From NCBI GenBank assembly GCA_044371675.1, contig JBILTF010000002.1:5962-69961 (forward strand): 64,000 nucleotides of DNA, in the 5' to 3' direction. Under the pieces are notes generated by a model, which was given only the letters and a program-made list of their open reading frames with translations, did no database searches and was not told the origin of the DNA. The DNA comes from Flavobacteriales bacterium. Its GTDB lineage: Bacteria > Bacteroidota > Bacteroidia > Flavobacteriales_D > Sanyastnellaceae. Of the stretch, positions 37,879 through 48,958 are shown in pieces. Position 1 is the stretch's first letter. The number at the start of each line of letters is the position of its first letter. Made by a program: the position numbers and the translations under genes.

Positions 37879-40227
37879 ATGGCTGCCCTCTGCTTCCACT
37901 GCGGCGAAGCCTGCGACAAAGAGCGCATTGTTCATCTTGAAAAAAACTATTGCTGCAACGGATGCCTTCAAGCAAGAATGCTCATAGACAATTCCATTCT
38001 GTGCGCACCCGATGACGAAAACTTCGCTCCCGAAATAAACAACAAACGCAATTGGGAAGAACTCGACATTCCCACCATTGCAAAACGATTCATCATCTAC
38101 GAAGATGCAGATGTCAAACACGTGCGCTTCACCCTTTCCAACATCCATTGCGCTTCCTGTGTCTATGTGCTGGAACACCTATACAAACTGGAACCGGGCA
38201 TCTTAAAGACCGAGGTGCACTTCGCTGAAAAAATCATTCGCATGGTTATTCGCAAAGAGGTGCCCCTTTCGAAAGTAGCGCGTCAACTGGCTCTTGTAGG
38301 ATACGCGCCCGACATTGAGTCGGTAGAATCTACTTCTTCCGAAACGGAAAAATCGCGCAAATTCAGATTACGCGCATTGGTCATAGCCGGATTCTGCTTC
38401 GCGAACATTATGCTCTTCAGCATACCGGAATACATGGACCTTGAACTGAAAAACGATCCGAACTTCGTTTACTTCTTTCGAACCATCAATGTAATTCTTT
38501 CCCTACCCGTCTTCTTCTACAGCAGCCTTGAATTTTATCGCGGTGCCCTAACCGGCATTCGAAATAAATTCATGCACATCGATTTCCCTTTGGTGATAAG
38601 CCTTTGCGTAGCGTATTCAAGAAGTCTTTATGACGTGTTCTCGAATACTGGCTCCGGATATTTCGATTCGTATTCAGGCATAGTGTTCTTCATGCTTATT
38701 GGACGCCATTTTCAAGATCTTCGAACCGATAAATTGGGATTCTCGAAATCGTTCAAGAGCTACTTCCCTATTGTTATTTCAACCAAAAGAGGAAACGCCT
38801 TCCAAAACATTCCGCTTGCCGAAGTGCAAGAACAAGACGAAATTGAAATTCACAACCAGGAAGTCATTCCTGCCGACGGTATCTTATTGAACGAGGAAGC
38901 CGAACTTGATTACGCCTTCGTAACCGGAGAGTCTGATCATAAGTCCATTCTTCGCGGAGCCACTGTTTATGCCGGCGCGCGCAATTGCAGCGGTAGCATT
39001 TGCATTCGGGTAGAAAAGGTAATGGAAGACAGTCACCTCGGTTTGCTGTGGAACAAAGAAGCGCGCAAAGAAGAAAACGCCGAACGACAAAGCTTCACGC
39101 ATGTAGTGGCGAAATGGTTTACGCTGTTCCTCTTGGTTATGTCGTTCGGAGCATTTCTTATTCTCTATCCTTCCGACCCGAACAATGCCTTCCGCGCCTT
39201 AACCACTGCGCTCATTGTTGCTTGTCCTTGCGCGCTGTTGCTCTCGCATACGTTCACCACAGGAACAGCATTGCGACTTTTGGCGCAAGGGAAATTATTG
39301 TTCAAGAATAGTTTCGTACTCGATAAGCTCGCCACCGTGCAGGCCTTCTATTTCGATAAAACAGGCACTGTTACCGATACGCATCATGTTAACGTAAAGT
39401 ACACGGGCGAAGCCCTTCAAGCCGAAGAAAAAAATGCATTCGGAGAATTGCTTGCCTCTTCCCTTCACCCCATTAGTCAATCGTTGTTGAAGGAATTTCC
39501 ACGTAACGAACATTGCATCCTTTCCGAATTTGAAGAGACTCCGGGCATGGGTACTTCCGGAAAAGTAAACGGTATTTTTTTCGAATTGAAAAAAAGTAGC
39601 GATGTGCCAGGAACCGCTCTTTGGATCAATGGAAAATGGCGTGGCGTCTTCCACCTAGAATTTGAAATTCGAAGTGGAATGAAGGATATGCTTCAACAAA
39701 TAATAAAAGGAAACAAATTGGGATTGCTTTCCGGAGATAGCAATGCCGACGATATGCGCATGCGCAAACTCTTTCCTTTTGGAAGCGAGTTGGTCTACAA
39801 ACTTAGCCCCATTGACAAAGCCAACGGCATTGCTAAAATGGAAGAGACCACTCGCTGCGCTTACGTAGGCGATGGATTGAACGACACCGGTGCGCTTCAA
39901 GAAGCAAGCGTGGGAATTTCCGTGAGCGATGCGCATCAGCGATTTACGCCTGCTGCCGATGTTTTAATTCCTGGAGAACTGCTTCAACACTTACCAGCAA
40001 TAGTTAGCTATGCCAAAGCGTGCAGAAGAATTGTGTTTTTCAGTTTCGGACTTTCATTGCTTTACAATGTTATTGGATTGTCTTATGCCCTAACGGGAAA
40101 CCTCTCTCCGCTTGTGGCCGCGGTGCTTATGCCTGTTAGCACTTTCACGATAATACTGTTCACGACTTCTGCCACACGACGCGCTTACAACAGGATTTTG
40201 CTTGACAAAAATCATAAGCGCGTTTGA
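37879..40227 (+). CDS. ccoI: heavy-metal (copper) translocating P1B-type ATPase, cbb3-oxidase maturation type
   Basis: N-terminal Cys cluster CFHCGEAC..CCNGC, plus CPC (IVACPCALLLS), FDKTGTVT and GDGLNDTGAL. It sits at the head of the cco cluster. Confidence 0.9.
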   Translation: MAALCFHCGEACDKERIVHLEKNYCCNGCLQARMLIDNSILCAPDDENFAPEINNKRNWEELDIPTIAKRFIIYEDADVKHVRFTLSNIHCASCVYVLEHLYKLEPGILKTEVHFAEKIIRMVIRKEVPLSKVARQLALVGYAPDIESVESTSSETEKSRKFRLRALVIAGFCFANIMLFSIPEYMDLELKNDPNFVYFFRTINVILSLPVFFYSSLEFYRGALTGIRNKFMHIDFPLVISLCVAYSRSLYDVFSNTGSGYFDSYSGIVFFMLIGRHFQDLRTDKLGFSKSFKSYFPIVISTKRGNAFQNIPLAEVQEQDEIEIHNQEVIPADGILLNEEAELDYAFVTGESDHKSILRGATVYAGARNCSGSICIRVEKVMEDSHLGLLWNKEARKEENAERQSFTHVVAKWFTLFLLVMSFGAFLILYPSDPNNAFRALTTALIVACPCALLLSHTFTTGTALRLLAQGKLLFKNSFVLDKLATVQAFYFDKTGTVTDTHHVNVKYTGEALQAEEKNAFGELLASSLHPISQSLLKEFPRNEHCILSEFEETPGMGTSGKVNGIFFELKKSSDVPGTALWINGKWRGVFHLEFEIRSGMKDMLQQIIKGNKLGLLSGDSNADDMRMRKLFPFGSELVYKLSPIDKANGIAKMEETTRCAYVGDGLNDTGALQEASVGISVSDAHQRFTPAADVLIPGELLQHLPAIVSYAKACRRIVFFSFGLSLLYNVIGLSYALTGNLSPLVAAVLMPVSTFTIILFTTSATRRAYNRILLDKNHKRV

Positions 40228-40259
40228 CGCACCTCATAACTCGAAAAGAGTCGTAGAAA

Positions 40260-40267
40260 TATTTTTG
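40260..40267 (+). promoter_or_regulatory. Bacteroidota -7 promoter box (TAnnTTTG)
   Basis: TATTTTTG lies 23 nt upstream of the ccoS ATG. Confidence 0.4.
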
Positions 40268-40290
40268 AAGTCGAGGAAAATAGCCAAATC

Positions 40291-40473
40291 ATGAGTGTTA
40301 TTTATTTACTTATCGGAATCAGTTTACCGCTTGCAATGGGCTTTCTAATTGTGTTTTTGCGTAACGCAAAACAGGGACAGTTCGATGATCTTGAAACACC
40401 GGCTATGCGCATCTTATTCGAAGAAAAACCAAAATCACAAACCGAAATAACTACCGAAGAACAGCCCAAATGA
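40291..40473 (+). CDS. ccoS: cbb3-type cytochrome oxidase assembly protein CcoS/FixS
   Basis: 60 aa, MSVIYLLIGISLPLAMGFLIVFLRNAKQGQFDDLE. ATGA overlap with ccoN. Confidence 0.88.
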   Translation: MSVIYLLIGISLPLAMGFLIVFLRNAKQGQFDDLETPAMRILFEEKPKSQTEITTEEQPK

Positions 40474-42617
40474 ACACGGAAACTTTTTACTACGACAACA
40501 AAATTGTAAAGCAATTTGCCATTGCCACTGCCATGTGGGGACTGGTTGGAATGTTGGTGGGATTAACCATTGCGTTGCAAATGGTTTGGCCATTTTTGAA
40601 TTTTAATATCCCACAAACCACCTTCGGACGTTTGCGTCCGCTTCACACCAATGCAATCATTTTTGCATTCGTTGGAAATGGAATTTTCATGGGCGTGTAC
40701 TATTCGTTACAGCGTTTAACGAAAGCGCGCATGTTCAGCGACTTGTTAAGTAAGATTCACTTTTGGGGATGGCAGTTGATTATTGTGTTGGCCGCATTGT
40801 CATTGGTAATGGGCTATACAACGGGTAAAGAATACGCAGAGTTGGAATGGCCACTTGATATATTAATCACTTTAATATGGGTCATCTTCGGGGTGAACAT
40901 GTTCGGTACTTTAATCAAACGTCGCGAAAGACACTTGTACGTAGCCATCTGGTTCTTCATTGGAACATGGGTTACAGTTGCTATGCTTCACATTGTGAAT
41001 AGCATTGAACTTCCTGTTTCATTCACGAAAAGTTACTCGTATTACGCAGGAGTTCAAGACGCGCTGGTGCAATGGTGGTATGGACACAATGCGGTTGCAT
41101 TCTTCTTAACCACTCCATACTTAGGTTTGATGTACTATTTCATTCCGAAGGCGGCTAACCGTCCGGTGTATTCATACAGACTTTCCATTATTCACTTCTG
41201 GGCCTTGATCTTCATATACATCTGGGCTGGTCCTCACCACTTGTTGTACACTTCGCTTCCAGATTGGGCGCAAAGTATGGGAACCGTGTTCAGCATAATG
41301 CTTATTGCTCCGTCTTGGGGTGGAATGATTAACGGATTGCTTACGCTTCGTGGTGCTTGGGATCGTGTTCGTGAAAGCGCAGTGTTGAAGTTCATGGTGG
41401 TTGCCATTACTGCTTACGGTATGGCCACTTTCGAAGGGCCTATGCTTTCGTTGAAAAACGTTAACGCCATTTCTCACTTTACAGACTGGACCATTGCACA
41501 CGTGCACGTAGGTGCTTTAGGATGGAACGGATTCTTAACCTTCGGTGTGTTGTATTGGATAATTCCACGCATGTGGCAAACAGATCTTTACTCGAAGAAA
41601 TGGGCAAATTGGCACTTCTGGATTGGAACTCTGGGTATTTTATTGTACGCCATTCCTATGTATTGGGCGGGTTGGATGCAGAGTAGCATGTGGAATGAAT
41701 TCACTCCAGAAGGACAATTGCAATATCAATTTTTGGAAACGGTTCAAACCATGCGTCCGTTTTACATGGCTCGTTCATTAGGAGGATTGCTCTATTTAAT
41801 TGGTGCAATTATCATGGTGGTGAACTTGGTGAAAACAGCGAAGCAAGGCGTGTTCTTGGCTCAAGAAAAAGCCGAAGCTGCTCCACTTGAAAAAGTACGC
41901 ATCACTGGAAACGAACACTGGCACCGCGTTATTGAAAGAAGACCGCTTCAAATGTTGGTATTCGCGTTAGTGCTTGTGGCCATTGGAGGTGTTATTGAAA
42001 TGATTCCAACCTTCTTGGTGAAAGAAAACATTCCAACTATAGCTGCTGTGAAGCCCTATACACCGCTTGAATTGGAAGGCCGCGACATTTACATTCGTGA
42101 AGGATGTTACACGTGTCACTCGCAAATGATTCGTCCGTTCCGCTCTGAAACAGCGCGCTACGGAGACTATTCAAAAGCAGGTGAGTTCGTTTATGATCAT
42201 CCGTTCCAATGGGGATCGAAGCGCACCGGTCCAGACTTGGCGCGTGAAGGAACTGGAAGCTTGAAGCGAATGGACAGCTGGCACTACAACCACATGATGG
42301 ATCCTGCTTCTATCTCTACCGGATCTATAATGCCTCGCTACCCTTGGTTGTTCGAAGACAAAATTGACTTCGAAGAGATAACCAATAAGATGGAAGCCAT
42401 GCAAACCTTGGGTGTGCCTTATACCGATGCAGACATTGCTGCAGGTGCCGACAGTGCAAGAAGACAAGCACAACAAATAACAAACGGATTAATGCTCGAG
42501 TTCAATCAAAACCAATTGCTTACTAGCGACGAAGGACTTCAACCCGATCATGAAATCTTAGCGCTCATTGCCTATTTGCAACGCTTAGGAAGAGACGCAG
42601 CACCTGTTCAACAATAA
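40470..42617 (+). CDS. ccoNO: cbb3-type cytochrome c oxidase, fused subunits I and II (CcoN-CcoO)
   Basis: 715 aa. A 12+ TM heme-copper core with conserved His residues, then one more TM and a monoheme domain with CYTCHSQ. Confidence 0.93.
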   Translation: MNTETFYYDNKIVKQFAIATAMWGLVGMLVGLTIALQMVWPFLNFNIPQTTFGRLRPLHTNAIIFAFVGNGIFMGVYYSLQRLTKARMFSDLLSKIHFWGWQLIIVLAALSLVMGYTTGKEYAELEWPLDILITLIWVIFGVNMFGTLIKRRERHLYVAIWFFIGTWVTVAMLHIVNSIELPVSFTKSYSYYAGVQDALVQWWYGHNAVAFFLTTPYLGLMYYFIPKAANRPVYSYRLSIIHFWALIFIYIWAGPHHLLYTSLPDWAQSMGTVFSIMLIAPSWGGMINGLLTLRGAWDRVRESAVLKFMVVAITAYGMATFEGPMLSLKNVNAISHFTDWTIAHVHVGALGWNGFLTFGVLYWIIPRMWQTDLYSKKWANWHFWIGTLGILLYAIPMYWAGWMQSSMWNEFTPEGQLQYQFLETVQTMRPFYMARSLGGLLYLIGAIIMVVNLVKTAKQGVFLAQEKAEAAPLEKVRITGNEHWHRVIERRPLQMLVFALVLVAIGGVIEMIPTFLVKENIPTIAAVKPYTPLELEGRDIYIREGCYTCHSQMIRPFRSETARYGDYSKAGEFVYDHPFQWGSKRTGPDLAREGTGSLKRMDSWHYNHMMDPASISTGSIMPRYPWLFEDKIDFEEITNKMEAMQTLGVPYTDADIAAGADSARRQAQQITNGLMLEFNQNQLLTSDEGLQPDHEILALIAYLQRLGRDAAPVQQ

Positions 42618-42629
42618 AACTGAAGCAAG

Positions 42630-42791
42630 ATGAAATTTATAAACTACCTCGAATCCATTACCGACGTAAGTATCTATCCGCTTACTTCCCTGTTCATTTT
42701 CGTAATCTTCTTCGCAGGCGTTTTATACCGCGTGCTTCGTGAAAGCAAAGCAAGTATTGAAGAACAAAAAAACATTCCATTCGATCTGTAA
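42630..42791 (+). CDS. ccoQ: CcoQ/FixQ-like small cbb3 oxidase subunit (53 aa, not in ORF track)
   Basis: My translation is MKFINYLESITDVSIYPLTSLFIFVIFFAGVLYRVLRESKASIEEQKNIPFDL. It has a single TM, lies between ccoNO and ccoP, and stops 4 nt before the ccoP ATG. Confidence 0.7.
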   Translation: MKFINYLESITDVSIYPLTSLFIFVIFFAGVLYRVLRESKASIEEQKNIPFDL

Positions 42792-42795
42792 AGCC

Positions 42796-43968
42796 ATGAA
42801 AAAAGCTACAACCACATTGGGAATTCTGTTGCTTGCAGGAACACAAGCATTCGCCCAAACTTCAACCACAGCAGCGAATGTCATTAATACGACACCCGTA
42901 GCTGTGAGCAATTATTCACCCTACCAAGACCCCATTTTTTACGGTCTCATCTTGGTAGCAACCATGCTCTTGATTTATATTCTTCAACTACAGGGTGTTT
43001 TGAAAGCCCTAGCAAATAAGGCGAAGAGAGACAAGCAAAAACAAGCGCGTCAATGGCCGACGACCATTTTAATTATTCTCATATACTTTGGATATTCAAA
43101 TTCTGCCTCTGCGGCAACTGGAGATCAAATGTTGAAATTCCTTCACGACGGATTTGGAAATACACCGTTCAATGCCATGTTCACGCTTATAGCAATTGAA
43201 CTGTGCGTAGTGCTTTACTACAATCGAATGATTAAGTATTTAACTACTGATTTTGTTGGATTGAAGGAAGGAGCGCCAGAGGCCCAACCTGAGCGTGTAA
43301 GACCTTCGTTCTGGATCAAGTTCCATCAGTCTGTTGAAATTAAAGACGAAGCCGCTATTCTTACAGACCATGACTACGATGGCATTCGCGAGTTAGACAA
43401 TGCATTGCCCCCTTGGTGGAAGTATGGATTCTATTTAACCATTGTCTGGGGATTGGGTTACATGGTTTATTACCATGCGGGTGGAAATGGACCATCTTCC
43501 CTTCAAGAATATCAAACGGAATTAGCAGATGCTGAAAAGCAGATGGAAGAGTATCGCTTGAACGCGAAGAACCTTGTAGACGAAACCAGTGTCGCGCTAT
43601 TAACCGGATCAGAAGACTTGAAAGTGGGCTCTGCCCTTTTCGCTTCGAACTGCGTAAGCTGTCACGGTGCAAACGCTGAAGGGAAAATTGGTCCTAACCT
43701 CACCGATCAATACTGGAAGCACGGCGGCGACATAAAAAACCTTTTCAAAACAGTAAAAATTGGAGTGGCTGGAACAGGAATGAAATCTTGGAAGAATGAT
43801 CTATCGGCTATGCAAATGGCGCAAGTAACCAGTTACATTCTCTCTTTACAAGGAACCAATCCTGCCAATCCGAAAGCGCCTGAAGGTCCTTTGTATACTC
43901 CCCTTGCAGATAGCACGGTTGCTGTTGCTAATGTTTTACCCGATAGCACTGCCACCGCGAAAAAATGA
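42796..43968 (+). CDS. ccoP: cbb3-type cytochrome c oxidase subunit III (CcoP), monoheme with long N-terminal extension
   Basis: The internal Met gives MKKATTTLGILLLAGTQAFAQ. Contains YDGIRELDNALPPWW (CcoP N-terminal domain) and one CVSCHG heme site. Confidence 0.88.
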   Translation: MKKATTTLGILLLAGTQAFAQTSTTAANVINTTPVAVSNYSPYQDPIFYGLILVATMLLIYILQLQGVLKALANKAKRDKQKQARQWPTTILIILIYFGYSNSASAATGDQMLKFLHDGFGNTPFNAMFTLIAIELCVVLYYNRMIKYLTTDFVGLKEGAPEAQPERVRPSFWIKFHQSVEIKDEAAILTDHDYDGIRELDNALPPWWKYGFYLTIVWGLGYMVYYHAGGNGPSSLQEYQTELADAEKQMEEYRLNAKNLVDETSVALLTGSEDLKVGSALFASNCVSCHGANAEGKIGPNLTDQYWKHGGDIKNLFKTVKIGVAGTGMKSWKNDLSAMQMAQVTSYILSLQGTNPANPKAPEGPLYTPLADSTVAVANVLPDSTATAKK

Positions 43969-45371
43969 TAGGAGAAGTAGAAGAAGAATTTAGAGATTCA
44001 GTTGCGCACATTAGCGCTGAAGGAAAACGCGTGTGGTTCTTTCCGAAGAAACCAAAAGGATATTTCTATAACCTTCGAAATTATTTGTCGTGGGTGTATT
44101 TGGTGGTGTTCTTTGGCTTACCGTTTGTCAAATTTCATGGTGCTCCGTTATTCTTGTTAAATATCATTGATCGCATTTACATCATCTTCGGTGTTCGCTT
44201 TTGGCCACAAGACTTTTTCATTTTCGTTTTGGGCATGCTCATCTTCGTGGTCTTCATCATTCTCTTCACTGTTATTTTCGGAAGGGTCTTCTGCGGATGG
44301 GTTTGTCCGCAAACCATTTTTATGGAAATGGTTTTCCGCAAAATAGAATATTGGGTTGAAGGTGATCGCAAAGCGCAGATGGCTTTACGCGCAGACCCCT
44401 GGAACAGCAAAACACTCTCGCGTAGAATACTGAAAATTATTCTCTTCTTCGCTGTGTCGTTCGCCATTGCGAATACCTTCCTCATGTACATCATTGGAAG
44501 TGACGCTGTCTGGAACATTGCTACAGAGCCTGTTTCTCATCATGTTGGAGGATTCCTTGCCATAGTCATTTTCAGTCTGGTATTCTTCTTCATTTACTAT
44601 TGGTTCCGCGAGCAAGTGTGCTTAATTGTTTGTCCGTACGGAAGAATGCAAGGAGTTATGCTCGACAAAAATTCCATTGCGGTGACGTACGACCATGTCC
44701 GTGGCGAGCCAAGAACCAAACATATTAAAAAGACCGCTGACCAGCCGCATGGCGATTGTGTCGATTGTTTGGAGTGTATTCGTGTTTGTCCGACCGGCAT
44801 TGACATTCGCAACGGACTACAATTGGAGTGTGTGAACTGCACAGCTTGTATGGATGCGTGTGACACCGTAATGGAAAAGACACATCGCGAAAAAGGATTG
44901 ATTCGCTATGCCTCTGAAAACAGCATTGTAACGAAAACGAAACTTCGCATTAACAAGCGCATACTGGCTTACTGCTTTGTTCTCTTGGCATTAATCTGTG
45001 TTGAAGCGTTTCTATTGATTACACGAAGTGAATTGGAGGTGAACAGCGTTCGAACGCGCAACACCCTCTTCACTGTTGAATCCGATGGGGAAATTGGAAA
45101 CCTCTACAACATTAAACTCATTAACAAGACATCCAATGAAATGAACCTTGAATTCAAAATTGAAGGAAAGCATGCGCATTTCGATTGGATTGGTCATCAG
45201 AACAAATTGCAGTCGGGTGAAATGAAAAACGGAGAGCTGTTCATATATGTTCCTTTGAATGAATTACCTGCTCAAAGAAACCGCGTGGAATTAGAAATTT
45301 ATAGCAACGGCGAGCTGAAAGCCACAGAACATCTCGTGCTTCTAGCACCGAATAAATTAAATAGACCATGA
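43965..45371 (+). CDS. ccoG: cytochrome c oxidase accessory protein CcoG (FixG/RdxA, 4Fe-4S)
   Basis: CGWVCPQ, CPYGRMQ and CVDCLECIRVCPTGIDIR motifs. Confidence 0.92.
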   Translation: MIGEVEEEFRDSVAHISAEGKRVWFFPKKPKGYFYNLRNYLSWVYLVVFFGLPFVKFHGAPLFLLNIIDRIYIIFGVRFWPQDFFIFVLGMLIFVVFIILFTVIFGRVFCGWVCPQTIFMEMVFRKIEYWVEGDRKAQMALRADPWNSKTLSRRILKIILFFAVSFAIANTFLMYIIGSDAVWNIATEPVSHHVGGFLAIVIFSLVFFFIYYWFREQVCLIVCPYGRMQGVMLDKNSIAVTYDHVRGEPRTKHIKKTADQPHGDCVDCLECIRVCPTGIDIRNGLQLECVNCTACMDACDTVMEKTHREKGLIRYASENSIVTKTKLRINKRILAYCFVLLALICVEAFLLITRSELEVNSVRTRNTLFTVESDGEIGNLYNIKLINKTSNEMNLEFKIEGKHAHFDWIGHQNKLQSGEMKNGELFIYVPLNELPAQRNRVELEIYSNGELKATEHLVLLAPNKLNRP

Positions 45372-45811
45372 ATTGGGGTTGGAAAATAACATTACTATAC
45401 ATCAGCTTTGCTGCAGGCATTTTGACTCTGGTTTTTCTTTCGATCAATCAAAAAATAGATTTGGTAGACAAGAACTACTATGAAAAAGAATTGGTTCACC
45501 AAGGAAGATTAGATCAGCAAAAGCACTATGCCGCACTCGAGAAAAAATGTTCATTTCAACTTCAAAATGGAACTGTCGTTATTCACTTTCCGTTTATGTT
45601 GAATGAAATGAGGGACGCTACGGTGAAGGTGTATTGCCCGAGTAACAATGCCTTCGATGCGAGTTACAACTTAACGGCTTCTTCAGACAGCGCTTTTGCG
45701 TTTTCCCTTCCAACCGAAATTCCTTCACGATACAACATTGAAGTTTTCTGGAAAAAAAACGGAAAGGAATATTATTTCGAAGAAATATTCGGACACAAAC
45801 ATGTTCATTGA
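45368..45811 (+). CDS. ccoH: FixH/CcoH family protein
   Basis: 147 aa with a single N-terminal TM. It follows ccoG with an ATGA overlap. Confidence 0.75.
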   Translation: MNWGWKITLLYISFAAGILTLVFLSINQKIDLVDKNYYEKELVHQGRLDQQKHYAALEKKCSFQLQNGTVVIHFPFMLNEMRDATVKVYCPSNNAFDASYNLTASSDSAFAFSLPTEIPSRYNIEVFWKKNGKEYYFEEIFGHKHVH

Positions 45812-46499
45812 ACTAATTATAGCTGCCCTATCCATGGGACTTTTAGGAAGTCTGCACTGCGTTGGCATGTGCGGACCCATTATCCTTAGCATTCCTTGGT
45901 CGAACACGCAAAAGGCTTTACAGATTAGTCTTTATCATTTCGGAAGAGCCACAACCTACGCCCTAATGGGAGCAGCGGTCGGAGGTGTTGGACAATTGTT
46001 CCTTCCGAAAGATATAGGAGTGTGGCCTGCGCTCATTAGCGGAAGTGTTTTAATTCTTGTCTTCATCGCACAGTCGTATCCTTCTTTGTTTCAGAACACA
46101 GTATTTCCAGCATTATCTATCGCGACCTACTTCCGGAAATTCTTAAAAATGGAAAGTGTCTTTTCGCGTTTTTTCATGGGCATGGTGAACGGTATTCTCC
46201 CTTGCGGAATGGTTTATTCAGCGTTGGCTGCAGCTATTCTTTATCACAACGCTCTTTACTCAGGACTCTTTATGTTCATTTTCGGAATAGGCACCTCGCC
46301 CCTATTGATTCTACTTTCCAGAATTAAAATGGCATTAAGCAAATACCCGTTCTTCAAACGCGAAAAGACCATTCGCTTCGCGTTGCTTATTTTGGGATTG
46401 CTGGTTATCCTGCGGGGCGCAGGTTTAGGGATTCCGATGGTGAGTCCGAAGCGGAATTGCTGCGCCTCTAATCACTCTGTGATTGATTCGAAGAATTGA
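45801..46499 (+). CDS. DsbD_2 / TauE-like membrane protein of cco clusters
   Basis: The internal Met gives MFIELIIAALSMGLLGSLHCVGMCGPI. Six-TM pattern. Confidence 0.8.
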   Translation: MFIELIIAALSMGLLGSLHCVGMCGPIILSIPWSNTQKALQISLYHFGRATTYALMGAAVGGVGQLFLPKDIGVWPALISGSVLILVFIAQSYPSLFQNTVFPALSIATYFRKFLKMESVFSRFFMGMVNGILPCGMVYSALAAAILYHNALYSGLFMFIFGIGTSPLLILLSRIKMALSKYPFFKREKTIRFALLILGLLVILRGAGLGIPMVSPKRNCCASNHSVIDSKN

Positions 46500-46557
46500 T
46501 CTGTTGAAGTCAGATTGATCACCGTAGGTGATAGATGACGTAGCGTATATTTACCCC

Positions 46558-48933
46558 ATGAAAAAACTTCTCATCCGCAGCGCCATTGCGCTCGTATCAC
46601 TTGTGATTCTATGCTTCATTGCAGCCTATTTTTGGTTGAAGAGCAGCTTGCCCGTCTATTCCGGAGAAATGAAATTGGCAGGGCTGCACGAGCCTGTTGA
46701 TGCGTATTTCGATGAATTTGGAATTCCGCATATTGATGCGAAAAATTCGGAAGATGCGTATCGTGCACTTGGATACTTGCATGCGCAAGAAAGATTGTTT
46801 CAATTGGAATTGTTACGCAGAGCCGGTAGTGGAACACTTGCCGAAATCATTGGTGAAGACATGGTGAAAGTCGATCGCATTTTTAGAACACTCGGCGTAT
46901 CTGAGTATGCTAAAACATCTGCAGAAAATTTTCAAAAGAATCACATCGACGATGACATGGCGAAAGAAGTGAGCGCATACATGGATGGTGTGAATCAGTT
47001 TATCGAAAACGGTCCTACCCCACCCGAGTTTGCCCTCATGGGAATTCCGAAAAGAAAATTAACCGTTACCGACATGTTCAGCATTAGCGCTGCCATGAGT
47101 TTCTCTTTTCAAATGGCCAATAAAACTGAGCCTATCATGACCCACATTGCGTTGAAATATGGGAATCAATATCTCTACGATTTAGGAATGCATCACGATT
47201 CAACGGAATCTGAAATTCGACATTTCGACAATCGTGAAATCGATTCCAGTTTAATGATGTTAAATAATTTATTTCTTGAAGCCGAAGAGGCGCTTCCTGT
47301 TACACCCTTCGATGGCAGCAACGCATGGGCTGTTGCCGGAAGTAAATCGTCCACAGGCAAACCTATTTTCTGCAACGACACACACATTGGATACGGACTT
47401 CCACAAACGTGGTTTGAAGCGCATGTTAAATGTCCAGAATTTGAAATAACAGGACATTTCCTTGCGGGAATTCCATATGCCCTAATTGGCAGAACCCCTC
47501 ATCACGCATGGGGTATTACCATGCTTGAACAAGACGAAATGGATTTCTATGCAGAAAAAAGAAATCCGAAAAACGCCAACGAAGTGTGGTACAAGGGACA
47601 ATATGTTCCACTCACCTTTCGAACCGAAGAAATAAAAATCAAAGAAAAAGAAAGCCTTGTGCTAACGGTTGCAATTACTCCACACGGACCTGTTGTTAAT
47701 GATGCGTTTGTTGGAATGAATAGCTCCACTCCTATTTCAATTTCATGGATCTACACAAAAGTGGAAAACAAAACATTCGAGGCCTTTCGTGAAATGAATC
47801 TTTCAACTTCAATGAGCCAATTCGAATCAACACTTTCATACATTCACAGCCCGGGATTGAGCCTTAACTATGCAGATGCAGAAGGAAACATAGCTTGGTG
47901 GGCATGTGCACATTTGGTGAAACGACATCCATCTTGCAACTCTTGGGTTATTTTAAATGCAAGAGACACATTGAACGAATGGAACGGATACTATTCATTC
48001 AAAGAAAATCCAAGATGCGTTAACCCTTCATGGGGATATATCTATAGCGCGAACGATTGGCCAGGTCCTCTCGCAGATGGCTCTTATTACCCTGGTTACT
48101 ACAAGCCTCAATACCGTGCAGATCGCATTAAAATGTTGCTAGAGGAAAGCAACCAATGGTCTGCTGAAAAGATGAAAACTATGCTGAATGACGTTACCTC
48201 AATCGTAGACGCAAGTATTCTTAAAGCGCTTGAACCCCTTGCCAAAAAAAGCAAATACTATGAAGATGTTGCCCCTGCATTTCTCTGGAACGGCGCCTAT
48301 GAGCCTGAAGCAGTTGGTCCAGTTCTCTTCAACCGATTCCTTTATTACTATTTAAAATTCGCTTGCGAAGATGAAATGGGAAAAGATCATTTCAATCTTT
48401 TCTTAGACACGCATCAACTGCAACGCACTCAATTGGATTTGTTCAACAATGAGCATGCCGTCTGGTGGGACAATGTGCATACAAAGCAAATTGAAACTCG
48501 CGAAGACATTTTACTTCTCGCCTTCGAGACAGCGGCTCAGAAATTATTGAAGGAAGAAGGCGTCGTTGAAAAATGGGCTTGGAAAAAAGTATGTAAGCTT
48601 GAATTGAAACATCCCCTCGGCGTTGTTGCACTATTCAAACCTTTCGTAAACCGAGAAGAGCTTCCAGTTTGGGGTGGGAATGAAACCATTCACCAATCGG
48701 GATTCAAACTAGACAGCACAGGAAACTACCGTGTTCATTTCGGATCGCAAATGCGCATCATTCACGATTTCGAAAATAATGAAAGTTGGAATATTACACC
48801 GGCCGGACAAAGCGGACATCCACTAAGCAGGCACTATCTCGATCAAGCAGAATTGTACCGAACAAAAAAATTCAGACAAGAATGGAACGACTGGGAGAAA
48901 ATAAAGACTTTCCCTAAGTTGCGCTTATCTTAG
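46558..48933 (+). CDS. penicillin acylase family Ntn-hydrolase (possible acyl-homoserine-lactone acylase)
   Basis: Signal/TM anchor. YLHAQERLFQLE, and a beta-chain N-terminal nucleophile context FDGSNAWAVAGSKS. Confidence 0.88.
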   Translation: MKKLLIRSAIALVSLVILCFIAAYFWLKSSLPVYSGEMKLAGLHEPVDAYFDEFGIPHIDAKNSEDAYRALGYLHAQERLFQLELLRRAGSGTLAEIIGEDMVKVDRIFRTLGVSEYAKTSAENFQKNHIDDDMAKEVSAYMDGVNQFIENGPTPPEFALMGIPKRKLTVTDMFSISAAMSFSFQMANKTEPIMTHIALKYGNQYLYDLGMHHDSTESEIRHFDNREIDSSLMMLNNLFLEAEEALPVTPFDGSNAWAVAGSKSSTGKPIFCNDTHIGYGLPQTWFEAHVKCPEFEITGHFLAGIPYALIGRTPHHAWGITMLEQDEMDFYAEKRNPKNANEVWYKGQYVPLTFRTEEIKIKEKESLVLTVAITPHGPVVNDAFVGMNSSTPISISWIYTKVENKTFEAFREMNLSTSMSQFESTLSYIHSPGLSLNYADAEGNIAWWACAHLVKRHPSCNSWVILNARDTLNEWNGYYSFKENPRCVNPSWGYIYSANDWPGPLADGSYYPGYYKPQYRADRIKMLLEESNQWSAEKMKTMLNDVTSIVDASILKALEPLAKKSKYYEDVAPAFLWNGAYEPEAVGPVLFNRFLYYYLKFACEDEMGKDHFNLFLDTHQLQRTQLDLFNNEHAVWWDNVHTKQIETREDILLLAFETAAQKLLKEEGVVEKWAWKKVCKLELKHPLGVVALFKPFVNREELPVWGGNETIHQSGFKLDSTGNYRVHFGSQMRIIHDFENNESWNITPAGQSGHPLSRHYLDQAELYRTKKFRQEWNDWEKIKTFPKLRLS

Positions 48934-48958
48934 CCCAACCTCAAAATTATCATTTAAA